Below, piece after piece: positions 63,596 to 64,000 of a stretch of 64,000 nucleotides of DNA. The stretch spans positions 868,001 to 932,000 of the forward strand of contig JANJGN010000089.1 of NCBI GenBank assembly GCA_026770705.1, read 5' to 3'. The DNA is from Isurus oxyrinchus. Its lineage: Eukaryota. Every line of letters begins with the position of its first letter. Within the stretch, counting starts at the first letter, position 1. The notes under the pieces are model-generated. The model was not told the DNA's origin and made no database searches. It saw only the letters and a list, made by a program, of their open reading frames with translations. The translations under genes and the position numbers were made by a program.

Positions 63596-64000
63596 GCTGC
63601 CACCTGATAAATTTTTCAGTGAATATCTCCTTCTGGGAACGTCATTATAACGCATGTGTTGCTATGGAACACGAAACACGCAATCCAAATTATTCCCTAC
63701 TCACAGAAATGGAAGGGTGCTTCCCAGAGATGGACAGCGGCTGCTTTCTATCCAAATGCATCCGGAAGAGAGTGATCTCATTGCGGAAATACAGGGAAGG
63801 AAATTCGGAAGTTCATTCAAAAGTATAAAAAATGGTTATATTTTCGCCCTGTAACTCATGTGCCTTTGAACAATGGAATGTTTATTTGAGTGAGTGCAGA
63901 GGATTCAGCATTTCACTGTCTCCCTGAACACTTTATTTGACACGAGGCCAAACAAATAGGTGTTTACATCTGGATGTTATCAACGTCCATGACAAAGGAA

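Noticed and set aside
60650-63830. Zisupton/HMGXB3-like (KDZ) transposase resemblance
   Set aside because: Only scattered 4-6-residue similarities (CHPHG, KLCF, HACPEIL), not in a convincing order; unsupported without a search.
1-64000. Remaining short ORFs in the track, and prokaryotic features such as operons or defence systems
   Set aside because: The ORFs are short, often start at non-ATG codons, and overlap decayed TEs or low-complexity DNA. Gene density and spliced structure indicate a eukaryotic genome.

Overview
Eukaryotic, transposon-dense vertebrate DNA, most likely from a cartilaginous fish (shark/ray). This is inferred from the repeat families (CR1 LINEs with HER1-type tails, Penelope elements, a ~69-bp satellite) and the receptor family present. 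Almost all short ORFs in the track are fragments of decayed retroelements or noise. The genic content is a small cluster of three paralogous two-exon class A GPCRs of the GPR139/GPR142-like type. One has an intact spliced reading frame (exon 1 26108-26177, exon 2 18937-19877, minus strand, 336 aa) and two are pseudogenes (40445-41317 +; 53909-54793 and 56300-56364 -). Decayed tRNA genes lie among them (Gly x2, Asp, possibly Val/Arg/Tyr). An old inverted segmental duplication links 12690-14340 to 57965-59590 and carries a tRNA-Gly remnant plus an unexplained ~400-bp element ending in AATAAA. Mobile DNA includes a near-full-length CR1, an apparently ORF1-less LINE with a tRNA-like head and its short derivative, L2 fragments, a Penelope element with a minimal hammerhead ribozyme, a Harbinger transposase relic, a Gypsy relic and a solo LTR with a target-site duplication. 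All alignments were done by eye, repeat boundaries are approximate, and family assignments rest on recalled motifs rather than database searches.
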